A stretch of DNA of 64,000 nucleotides, from the NCBI GenBank assembly GCA_016191235.1, contig JACPOZ010000025.1, forward strand, positions 3,894 through 67,893. The letters are read 5' to 3'. The notes below the pieces were generated by a model that saw only the letters and a program-made list of their open reading frames with translations, was not told the DNA's origin and searched no databases. Shown here one piece after another: positions 19,449 to 27,543 of the stretch. Position numbers and translations under genes: made by a program. The DNA is from Gammaproteobacteria bacterium (GTDB lineage: Bacteria > Pseudomonadota > Gammaproteobacteria > Ga0077554 > Ga007554). How positions within the stretch are numbered: the stretch's first letter is position 1; every line of letters begins with the position of its first letter.

Positions 19449-20798
19449 TTAGAGCTTATTTTCTATTAGCCTAGCCTTTAGATCTGGTGGGGAGACAAAT
19501 ACGAAGGAAGCTCCATATTTCCTCCTCCTCAACAAATTTAATTGATCAGACATTTTCAACAAATCTGTTCTAGCGGTTTGATAACTAACTGCATGCGAAG
19601 CCTGATGCTCTTGTATGCGATAAATAGCATTTGGATGCTCCAGGGCATGCTTCAATAATGACAATTGCCTATGATTCAACTGGCCCTTGGCCTTCGAGTT
19701 ATCAAGCAACTTCTCAGCTTCTTCAATTTCTTGTGATTTTATTTCTAGATATTCATGTAATGCTTTAACCCCCTTCTTAATTATGTCCATTTGATGAATA
19801 AGAAAATAGGTTAAGTCATTACCATCAGTTTCAGTATGTAAATAGGCTTTGCCATATTGGACAGGGTTCTGTTTAATGATTCTGGAGATAGAAATAAATT
19901 CCATCAGCCAGTAGCCTTGCTTTGCCATTGCCCAGTAAAACAATGCCCTGGCCGTTCTCCCATTGCCGTCAACAAAAGGGTGATCGTAGCCGATCATAAA
20001 ATGCAAGGTTATTGCCTTTATAACTGGATGAATAAACTCTTTTTCTTCCAAGTCGTTAGCAAATCTGCATATTTTTTCAATACGCCCAGGAAGAGTATCC
20101 GCATCTGGTGGTGCATGAAGAACAACTGATTCACTACTGTCCACGACCTGGATATCATCCGTATTTTCTCTAAAATGTCCGGCCTTGGAAGGATCATCAA
20201 GAGTATTTTTGGTGAGAATTTCATGGAGGTGCTTAATTAGGGATGGCGTTAGTTCGTCGTCCTTATAATCTCTTATAGCCCTCATAGCCTTATAATTGTT
20301 AAAAATCATCTGCTCACTATGATCTTTAGGCTGCCGCCCTTGCCTTAGCATCTCCTTGGCAACATTTCTTGTCGTTGACGCCCCCTCAAGCTGGCTAGAG
20401 CTTATAGATTCCTCAATAAGGGAGCTGACGAGGTAAGTGTCTCTAGTATGAGGATTCGTGATAGGCCGATCCATCGTAATACTTCCAGCTGCATTCTGAT
20501 CCAGCCAATGCAACTCTCTTTGCAAAGGGTCTGGGACACAAAAATTAAAGGGACTCCCATTTTTATCTGTGAGGGATAATTTTTTAAATGCCTTTTGCCG
20601 TGCCAGCTTGGTAGCAAACCAGTATTCTTCGCTGGACAATCCTTCAGGAGGCGAAAGATGTTTTAGTTTTTCCCAATGAAGATATCTGCCTTTGCCGTCT
20701 GTAAGTCCAATATTAGAAGTCAGAATTTGCGCCAGCTTTTTCTGATCAAGCTTCACGAGCATTTCAGAAATAGATGGTGGTGATTCAGGTATTTTCAC
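19449..20798 (-). CDS. Fic family protein (class II, with N-terminal inhibitory motif and C-terminal wHTH-like tail)
   Basis: Canonical Fic motif HPFVDGNGRTARAL. SxxxEG inhibitory-helix motif (SSSQLEGAST) upstream. Very AT-rich compared with the flanks. The ORF-track start is a GTG. Confidence 0.9.
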   Translation of the reverse strand: MKIPESPPSISEMLVKLDQKKLAQILTSNIGLTDGKGRYLHWEKLKHLSPPEGLSSEEYWFATKLARQKAFKKLSLTDKNGSPFNFCVPDPLQRELHWLDQNAAGSITMDRPITNPHTRDTYLVSSLIEESISSSQLEGASTTRNVAKEMLRQGRQPKDHSEQMIFNNYKAMRAIRDYKDDELTPSLIKHLHEILTKNTLDDPSKAGHFRENTDDIQVVDSSESVVLHAPPDADTLPGRIEKICRFANDLEEKEFIHPVIKAITLHFMIGYDHPFVDGNGRTARALFYWAMAKQGYWLMEFISISRIIKQNPVQYGKAYLHTETDGNDLTYFLIHQMDIIKKGVKALHEYLEIKSQEIEEAEKLLDNSKAKGQLNHRQLSLLKHALEHPNAIYRIQEHQASHAVSYQTARTDLLKMSDQLNLLRRRKYGASFVFVSPPDLKARLIENKL

Positions 20799-20844
20799 AG
20801 CGATTGCCCTAGATGCTAATCTTTCTGAGATTAGTATATGGCAT

Positions 20845-20897
20845 AAGAGAAAGTGGGGCTACTAATTATCCATAAATTAGTAGCCCCACTTTCTCTT
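20845..20897. repeat. 23-bp perfect inverted repeat with 7-nt spacer
   Basis: 20845-20867 AAGAGAAAGTGGGGCTACTAATT pairs base-for-base with 20875-20897. It lies between the Fic start and the GST stop. Confidence 0.9.
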
Positions 20898-20910
20898 GCT
20901 AATTATCAGT

Positions 20911-20943
20911 AGAGAGCAATATGACTATCGCTTATTGCTCTCT
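20911..20943 (-). terminator. Hairpin overlapping the GST stop codon (11-bp stem, 11-nt loop containing GACTATC)
   Basis: AGAGAGCAATA / TATTGCTCTCT. Loop is TGACTATCGCT (core copy at 20923-20929). There is no clear U-tract, so terminator function is uncertain. Confidence 0.4.
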
Positions 20944-21637
20944 ACGTGCGCTTAGGCAGTAGACCATCACTCATAGCAATCATCCTGGACAACCCCGATG
21001 TTTGCACCTTCAGAAACGCTAACAATCGAGCCGGGTAGCCAGGGAAAACCGCGTCTTTAACAGATGGCCGGGCGGCAAGCGCGGAACGCCATGCCCGCAC
21101 TTTGGGGGTGTTATCAAATATGCCGAAATCAGCAATGGCATCGAACACGTCGAAGTAGCGGAAAATCGGGCCGAATACTGCGTCGACCATCGAGAAGCGA
21201 TCACCGGCAAAATAAGGCCCCTCCTTGAGTTGCTGCTCGATGGTTTCAAACTTCGCCTGGAGGTCAGCGCGTTTGATCTGGAGCGCCTTGGCGTCTGGGG
21301 CGGTGTAAAAGCCCCAAATGTTATCGAGAATCGCGGAGCCGAATTCCATCCATGCGCGATGCTTGGCTCGCTGCAACGGGTCGCCGGGATGCAGCGGTTC
21401 GCCCATCGTCTCGTCGAGATACTCGCAGATGACGGCGGACTCGAAGAGCACCTCCGCGCCAATCTGCAATAGCGGCACCTTCCCCAAGGGCGAAATCTTG
21501 TTGAACCACTCAGGCCTGTTTGCGAGGTCGATGTAGGTTCGCTCAAAGGGCGCACCCTTTTCGTTGAGCACGATGACGGCGCGCTGCACATAGGGGCACA
21601 GATGATGACTTACCAAATGCAGTTTTTCATTATTCAT
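20942..21637 (-). CDS. Glutathione S-transferase family protein
   Basis: Start at MNNEKLHLVSHHLCPYVQR.. preceded by AAGGAGG. Thioredoxin-like N-terminus and GST C-terminal domain. The ORF-track 5' extension to 21721 crosses the operator region. Confidence 0.85.
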   Translation of the reverse strand: MNNEKLHLVSHHLCPYVQRAVIVLNEKGAPFERTYIDLANRPEWFNKISPLGKVPLLQIGAEVLFESAVICEYLDETMGEPLHPGDPLQRAKHRAWMEFGSAILDNIWGFYTAPDAKALQIKRADLQAKFETIEQQLKEGPYFAGDRFSMVDAVFGPIFRYFDVFDAIADFGIFDNTPKVRAWRSALAARPSVKDAVFPGYPARLLAFLKVQTSGLSRMIAMSDGLLPKRT

Positions 21638-21681
21638 GATGCCTCCTTTTGAGCCAACAGGTATTCTTGAATCAGATGTAA

Positions 21682-21721
21682 TTGCAAATGCAACCATAAT
21701 GGAAATTAGTTGCGTTTGCAA
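21682..21721. promoter_or_regulatory. Candidate MarR operator in the divergent GST/marR intergenic region
   Basis: TTGCAAATGCAAC (21682-21694) versus GTTGCGTTTGCAA (21709-21721) is a 12/13 inverted repeat. It is flanked by the 11-bp direct repeat TATTCTTGAAT (21662-21672 and 21723-21733). Confidence 0.45.
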
Positions 21722-21747
21722 CTATTCTTGAATTACCATAATTAAAA

Positions 21748-22221
21748 ATGCGAAATCCCAAATCAAAATCAACGGTCTCAACCACTACGTGGGCACTGTT
21801 TTTAACAACCCATGCCGTGCTGCTTGAGAAAATCGAGGCCACGCTCAAGGTGGCGGAGCTACCGCCCCTCGAATGGTATGACGTGCTTTGGGCGCTTGAG
21901 CGCGCCCCTCAGCACCGTTTGCGAATGCACGAGCTCGCCCATTCGGTCGTCCTCTCCAGGAGCAACCTGACGCGATTAGTTGACCGTCTTGAGGCTGCGG
22001 GACTTGTGGAACGGCAGTCCGCAGCGGATGACAAGCGGGGTGCTTACGGCGTGCTCACGTCGGCAGGGTTGGCGATGAGAGAAAAGATGTGGCCGGCCTA
22101 TCGGGATTGCATCGTGGATCTCTTCAACCAGCACCTCTCCAAGGACGAGCAGGGCATAATGAATGGGGCGTTGCGCCGGATATTGGATGCGGCAAGAGAT
22201 AGTGCTGACGAAGGGATCTAA
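21748..22221 (+). CDS. MarR family transcriptional regulator
   Basis: 157 aa. wHTH region ..LRMHELAHSVVLSRSNLTRLVDRLEAAGLVERQ..DDKRG... Confidence 0.85.
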   Translation: MRNPKSKSTVSTTTWALFLTTHAVLLEKIEATLKVAELPPLEWYDVLWALERAPQHRLRMHELAHSVVLSRSNLTRLVDRLEAAGLVERQSAADDKRGAYGVLTSAGLAMREKMWPAYRDCIVDLFNQHLSKDEQGIMNGALRRILDAARDSADEGI

Positions 22222-22290
22222 GCCTCCGAAGCCACATCTTTACAATCCCACGTTCCCGCCTCATGATTAAGGTCACGCAGGTCCATCTTC

Positions 22291-23220
22291 ATGGGAAAAA
22301 AGGATATGGAGAAGATCACTATCGTCGGCCCCGGCCGGGTGGGCGAATCAGCCGCGCAGATCCTCGCCAAGGAGGAGCTGTGCCGGGAACTGGTGTTGCT
22401 GGGCCGTCAGGAAGGCGTGGCGCGGGGCATCGCTCTGGACATCCAGGAATCCGCGCCGCTGTTTGGTTTCGATACGCGAGTGACGGGCGGGGCAGACCCG
22501 GCCCTGATGGCAGATTCCGATCTGGTGATCATCGCCGCCGGTGCTCCCCGCAAGCCGGGCATGTCGCGCGCCGATCTGCGCGATGCCAACCTGCCCGTCA
22601 TCACCATGATAGTCGATCAAGTTATGCGCTACGCTCCCCAAGCCATGGTGCTGATTGTAAGCAATCCGGTGGATGTGCTCACTTATCACGCCTGGCGCCA
22701 TACCGGCTGGGCGCGGCAGCGGGTATTCGGCCTGTCGGGCGTGCTCGACAGCGCGCGCATGGCGAGCTTCATCGCTTTGGAAACCGGGTTCTCGGTTAGG
22801 GACATCACGGCGATGGTGATCGGCGGGCATGGCGACACGATGGTGCCGCTGCCGCGCTACACCTGCATTAATGGCATTCCCATCACCCACTTCCTCTCTC
22901 CTGAAGCCATCGCGCGTCTTGGTGAGCACACCCGCCAGGGCGGCGCCGAGATCCTGGCGCTTAAAGAGAACAGCAGCGCCTACGACTCCCCGGCGGCAGC
23001 CATCGCCACTATGGTAGATGCGTTGGTTCACAGGCGACGGCGCGTGCTGCCGTGCGTTGCCATATTGGATGGCGAGTATAGCCAGCACGACATCGCCTTC
23101 GGCGTGCCCGCTATCCTTGGCGGAACGGGTCTGGAAAAGGTGGTGGAACTGCCGCTGACCGAGGAAGAACAAGAGGCGGTGCGGCGTTCGGCTGAGCAGG
23201 TGCGGGCGAGTCTGGGGTGA
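22291..23220 (+). CDS. mdh: Malate dehydrogenase (LDH-like MDH family)
   Basis: ITIVGPGRVG Rossmann motif, AGAPRKPGMSRADL, SNPVD, IGGHGDTMVP. Start may be 22291 or 22306. Confidence 0.9.
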   Translation: MGKKDMEKITIVGPGRVGESAAQILAKEELCRELVLLGRQEGVARGIALDIQESAPLFGFDTRVTGGADPALMADSDLVIIAAGAPRKPGMSRADLRDANLPVITMIVDQVMRYAPQAMVLIVSNPVDVLTYHAWRHTGWARQRVFGLSGVLDSARMASFIALETGFSVRDITAMVIGGHGDTMVPLPRYTCINGIPITHFLSPEAIARLGEHTRQGGAEILALKENSSAYDSPAAAIATMVDALVHRRRRVLPCVAILDGEYSQHDIAFGVPAILGGTGLEKVVELPLTEEEQEAVRRSAEQVRASLG

Positions 23221-23235
23221 CAGGAAAAAGAACAA

Positions 23236-24660
23236 ATGAGCAATACTGAAAAATCCGCACTAGACATCCAGTTTCTTGGTGCGGCGCGCGAGGTCACCGG
23301 CTCATGTTATCTGATCCGCGTAGGCCGTCATCGCATTCTGGTGGATTGCGGCCTCGTCCAAGGTTCGCGGGCGGACGAGGCGCGCAACCGGCTGCCGTTC
23401 GACTTCGACGCCGCCAAGATCGACGCCGTGGTGCTCACCCACGCCCATATCGATCACTCCGGCCGGCTGCCGCTGCTGGTCAAGAGCGGTTTTCGCGGTT
23501 CGATCTACACCCATCGCGCCACGCGCGACCTGTGCCGCGTCATGCTCAAGGACGCGGCCTTTCTCAACGTAAAAGACACCGAATGGGAAAACCGTAAGCG
23601 GCAGCGCAAGCACCTGCCGTGGATCGAGCCTTTATACACACTGGACGATGCACAAGACACGCTGCGCCAGTTCAAGGCGCTGGATTACGGCGTTACCACC
23701 AAGCTGCTGCCGGGCATTTCCATCCGGCTCGCCGACGCCGGGCATATCCTCGGCTCGGCGATCGTGGAGCTGTGGCTGGAGGCCGACGGCATGCGCCGCA
23801 AGCTGGTGTTCAGCGGCGACCTGGGCCACCGCGACGCCCCCATCCTGCAAGACCCGCAGCCGGTGCGCGAGGCCGATCTGGTGATCATGGAGAGCACCTA
23901 CGGCGACCGTCTGCACCGCTCCTGGGAAGACACCTGGGATGAAATGCGCGAGGTACTGACGCACGCCAGGCACAACCAGGGCAATGTACTGATCCCGGCC
24001 TTCGCCGTGGGGCGCACCCAGGAATTACTGTACGAATTCGGCCGCCATTATGACGAATGGGGATTGGCGGACTGGACGGTCTTCCTCGACAGCCCGATGG
24101 CGATCGAGACGACCGAAATCTATGCCCGCCATACCGCCCTGTACGACACCGAGGCCGCCGCAGAGCAGCGTGCGCACGGTAATCCCTTCACGATGCTGCC
24201 CAACCTGCACATCAGCCGCACCGCCAATCAGTCCATGGCCATTAACCGCATCAACACCGGCGCCATCATCATCGCCGGCAGCGGCATGTGCGACGGCGGA
24301 CGCATCCGCCATCACCTGAAACACAATCTGTGGCGCAACGGCTGCCATGTGGTGATCGTCGGCTTCCAGGCCCAGGGCACACCCGGTCGCGCCCTGGTGG
24401 ACGGCGCGAAATACCTCAAGCTGGCAGGCGAAACCGTGCGCGTCGCGGCGCAGGTGCACACCATCGGCGGCTTCTCCGCCCACGCCGATGCCGATGGCCT
24501 GCTCGACTGGTACCATCACTTCGAAGGACGCCCCGCCATCGCCTTGGTGCACGGCGAACCGCAGGCGATGGACCCGTTGGCGGAGCGGCTGCGTGGCGCA
24601 GGCGCAGCGCACGTCCATACCCCTGAGCGGGGTGCACGGCTGGATTTGATAAAAATGTAG
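23236..24660 (+). CDS. MBL-fold beta-CASP ribonuclease-like hydrolase
   Basis: THAHIDHSGRLP motif, beta-CASP region, and a C-terminal ..SAHAD.. motif. Confidence 0.85.
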   Translation: MSNTEKSALDIQFLGAAREVTGSCYLIRVGRHRILVDCGLVQGSRADEARNRLPFDFDAAKIDAVVLTHAHIDHSGRLPLLVKSGFRGSIYTHRATRDLCRVMLKDAAFLNVKDTEWENRKRQRKHLPWIEPLYTLDDAQDTLRQFKALDYGVTTKLLPGISIRLADAGHILGSAIVELWLEADGMRRKLVFSGDLGHRDAPILQDPQPVREADLVIMESTYGDRLHRSWEDTWDEMREVLTHARHNQGNVLIPAFAVGRTQELLYEFGRHYDEWGLADWTVFLDSPMAIETTEIYARHTALYDTEAAAEQRAHGNPFTMLPNLHISRTANQSMAINRINTGAIIIAGSGMCDGGRIRHHLKHNLWRNGCHVVIVGFQAQGTPGRALVDGAKYLKLAGETVRVAAQVHTIGGFSAHADADGLLDWYHHFEGRPAIALVHGEPQAMDPLAERLRGAGAAHVHTPERGARLDLIKM

Positions 24661-24760
24661 GGCGGGTTGTAACCCGCCAAGCGTGCAAAGCACTCAACCT
24701 GTTCTTGAATGAATGGACGAATGCCTGACGGCATGCCCGGCGGGTTACAACCCGCCCTAC
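24657..24760. repeat. REP/BIME-like element: two inverted copies of the self-complementary 22-mer GTAGGGCGGGTTGTAACCCGCC
   Basis: 24657-24678 is the exact reverse complement of 24739-24760. Each arm is itself a GGCGGGTT/AACCCGCC hairpin. A central ATGCCTGACGGCAT palindrome is present. The left arm contains the stop codon of the upstream gene. Confidence 0.75.
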
Positions 24761-24816
24761 TTTCCTCTTTACGCCCGGACTAAGAAGAGAGATGATTTAG
24801 CCGATAATATCAAAGA

Positions 24817-24997
24817 GCCCGTTCATGATCTCGATCAAGGGAAGAGCGAAGCGAAGGGTTCCCAGCGCAAGGCCCCCTGATTCATAAAAGGGCGGGCCGA
24901 AAAAGCGGAGCATACACGTAGTATGTGAGCATTTTGAGGCCCCCCATATAATAAGGGCAACGCCGCGATGCGCCCTTCAGCGAGATCATGAACAGGC
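24817..24997. repeat. 17-bp (16/17) inverted repeat pair flanking about 150 bp upstream of gltA
   Basis: GCCCGTTCATGATCTCG (24817-24833) versus CGAGATCATGAACAGGC (24981-24997). Confidence 0.5.
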
Positions 24998-25035
24998 TCT
25001 AAGAACACCACGACCAACCCAACGGAGGTGCAGCC

Positions 25036-26328
25036 ATGAAAGACACTGTCACGATCACGGACAACGTCACCGGCAAGAGCGTCGAGCTGCCCATCCGGCG
25101 CGGCACGCTCGGCCCTCCCGCCATCGACATTGGCGCTTTACAGCGCGAACTGGGATACGTCACATACGACCCCGGTTTTCTCGCCACGGCCAGTTGCCAC
25201 AGCGCGATTACCTATATCGACGGCGACCAGGGCATGCTGCTCTACCGGGGTTATCCCATCGAACAGCTCGCGGAAAAGAGCAGTTTTCTTGAAGTCGCCC
25301 ATCTGCTGATCTATGGCGAATTGCCAAGCCAGGCGCAACTCGGCGATTTCACCGGCATCATCCGCCGCCACACCATGTTCAACGAAAGCCTGAAGACTTT
25401 TTACAATGGCTTTCATCACGATGCCCATCCGATGGCGATCATGGTCGGCGTGGTCGGCTCATTGTCAGCGTTCTACCACGACTCGACGGACATCCATAAT
25501 GCACACCATCGCGACATCGCCGCACACCGGCTGATCGCCAAAATGCCGACCATCGCCGCCGCCAGTTACAAGCATTCCATCGGCGAACCGTTCATGTATC
25601 CGCGCAACAACCTGAACTATTGCGGCAATCTTTTGCACATGATGTTTTCGGTGCCCGCCGAGGACTATCGCGTCGATCCACTCGCGGAAAAAGCACTGGA
25701 CCTGATCTTCATCCTGCACGCCGATCACGAACAGAATGCCAGCACCTCCACCGTGCGTCTGGCGGGCAGCTCCAGCGCCGATCCCTTCGCCTGCATCTCC
25801 GCCGGCATCGCCTCGCTGTGGGGTCCGGCCCATGGTGGGGCCAACGAAGAAGTGCTGCACATGCTGGCGGAGATCGGCGACAGCAAGAACATTCCCAAAT
25901 ACATCGCCCGCGCCAAGGACAAGAACGATCCGTTCCGGTTGATGGGCTTCGGCCATCGCGTATACAAAAATTACGACCCGCGCGCCCGCCTCATCCGCGC
26001 CATGTGCCATGAGGTGCTCAACAAACTGGGCAATCAAAACGACCCGCTGTTCGAACTGGCGCTAAAGCTTGAAGAGGTGGCCTTGCAAGATGAATACTTC
26101 ATCGAGCGCAAACTCTATCCGAACGTGGATTTCTATTCGGGGATCATCTACAAGGCGCTCGGCATCCCCACCAACATGTTCACCGTGATGTTCGCCATCG
26201 CCCGTACCGTGGGCTGGGTGGCACAATGGATGGAAATGATCGCTGACCCGGCTCAGCGCATCGGTCGGCCGCGGCAGGTATATGATGGCGCGCTGCAGCG
26301 GGATTATGTGGAGATAAAAGACAGGTAG
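25036..26328 (+). CDS. gltA: Citrate synthase (type II)
   Basis: 430 aa. ..[13 protein letters not shown].., [29 protein letters not shown]. Confidence 0.92.
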   Translation: MKDTVTITDNVTGKSVELPIRRGTLGPPAIDIGALQRELGYVTYDPGFLATASCHSAITYIDGDQGMLLYRGYPIEQLAEKSSFLEVAHLLIYGELPSQAQLGDFTGIIRRHTMFNESLKTFYNGFHHDAHPMAIMVGVVGSLSAFYHDSTDIHNAHHRDIAAHRLIAKMPTIAAASYKHSIGEPFMYPRNNLNYCGNLLHMMFSVPAEDYRVDPLAEKALDLIFILHADHEQNASTSTVRLAGSSSADPFACISAGIASLWGPAHGGANEEVLHMLAEIGDSKNIPKYIARAKDKNDPFRLMGFGHRVYKNYDPRARLIRAMCHEVLNKLGNQNDPLFELALKLEEVALQDEYFIERKLYPNVDFYSGIIYKALGIPTNMFTVMFAIARTVGWVAQWMEMIADPAQRIGRPRQVYDGALQRDYVEIKDR

Positions 26329-26510
26329 CGATAGCTTCGCAGACCTTGATGGCCTTGGGGTGTCAAACTAGGCTGATCAGGTTAAAATGAAACTGGCAGC
26401 CTGTTTTGTGCTCGCCCCTATGTGCGCTTCCCAGCAAGTATGTTGCACATGAAAGTCTATATCCATACGGATTTCCACGATCACTATTGTTAGATAGCGA
26501 TTCTTATTGA

Positions 26511-27167
<657 letters not shown>

Positions 27168-27264
27168 CCTTTCCCGGCCACCTGAAAATACATGCACGCC
27201 ACGCACTGCAACATAGTATAATTTTAACCATATCAGCCCGATAACCGCTTTAGGAGTCCTGCTT

Positions 27265-27525
27265 ATGGCACGTGTAACCGTAGAAGATTGTCTTGCCAAC
27301 GTCGATAACCGTTTTCAGCTTGTACTGGTTGCAGCCAGGCGCGCACGGCAACTCGCCTCGGGCGCGCAGTCGATGGTCGCCTGGGAAAATGACAAGGCGA
27401 CAGTGGTGGCGCTGCGCGAGATCGCCGCAGGTCGGGTAGACCGCTCTATTCTGGATGAGGTTGTCGCCGCAGAGCACGCCGGCGTATCCCAGGTCCAGGA
27501 AGAGGAGCTGCAGGGGGAGGTATAG
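27265..27525 (+). CDS. rpoZ: RNA polymerase omega subunit
   Basis: [26 protein letters not shown]. Conserved gmk-rpoZ-spoT order. Confidence 0.92.
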   Translation: MARVTVEDCLANVDNRFQLVLVAARRARQLASGAQSMVAWENDKATVVALREIAAGRVDRSILDEVVAAEHAGVSQVQEEELQGEV

Positions 27526-27543
27526 GTTAATACCTGATTCAGT

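Noticed and set aside
9417-20922. Search for an integrase, transposase, relaxase or tRNA gene that would explain the island
   Set aside because: None of the ORFs in or next to the accessory region shows recombinase motifs (no R..HxxR..Y tyrosine-recombinase pattern, no DDE). No tRNA-like sequence is present. The hotspot is the 3' end of a protein-coding gene.
20942-21721. Long form of the GST ORF (259 aa)
   Set aside because: The first 28 codons overlap the palindromic operator region. A strong AAGGAGG precedes the internal Met at 21637.
22263-22799. 178-aa alternative-frame ORF overlapping mdh
   Set aside because: It gives an Arg/Gly/Pro-rich out-of-frame translation of the mdh gene.
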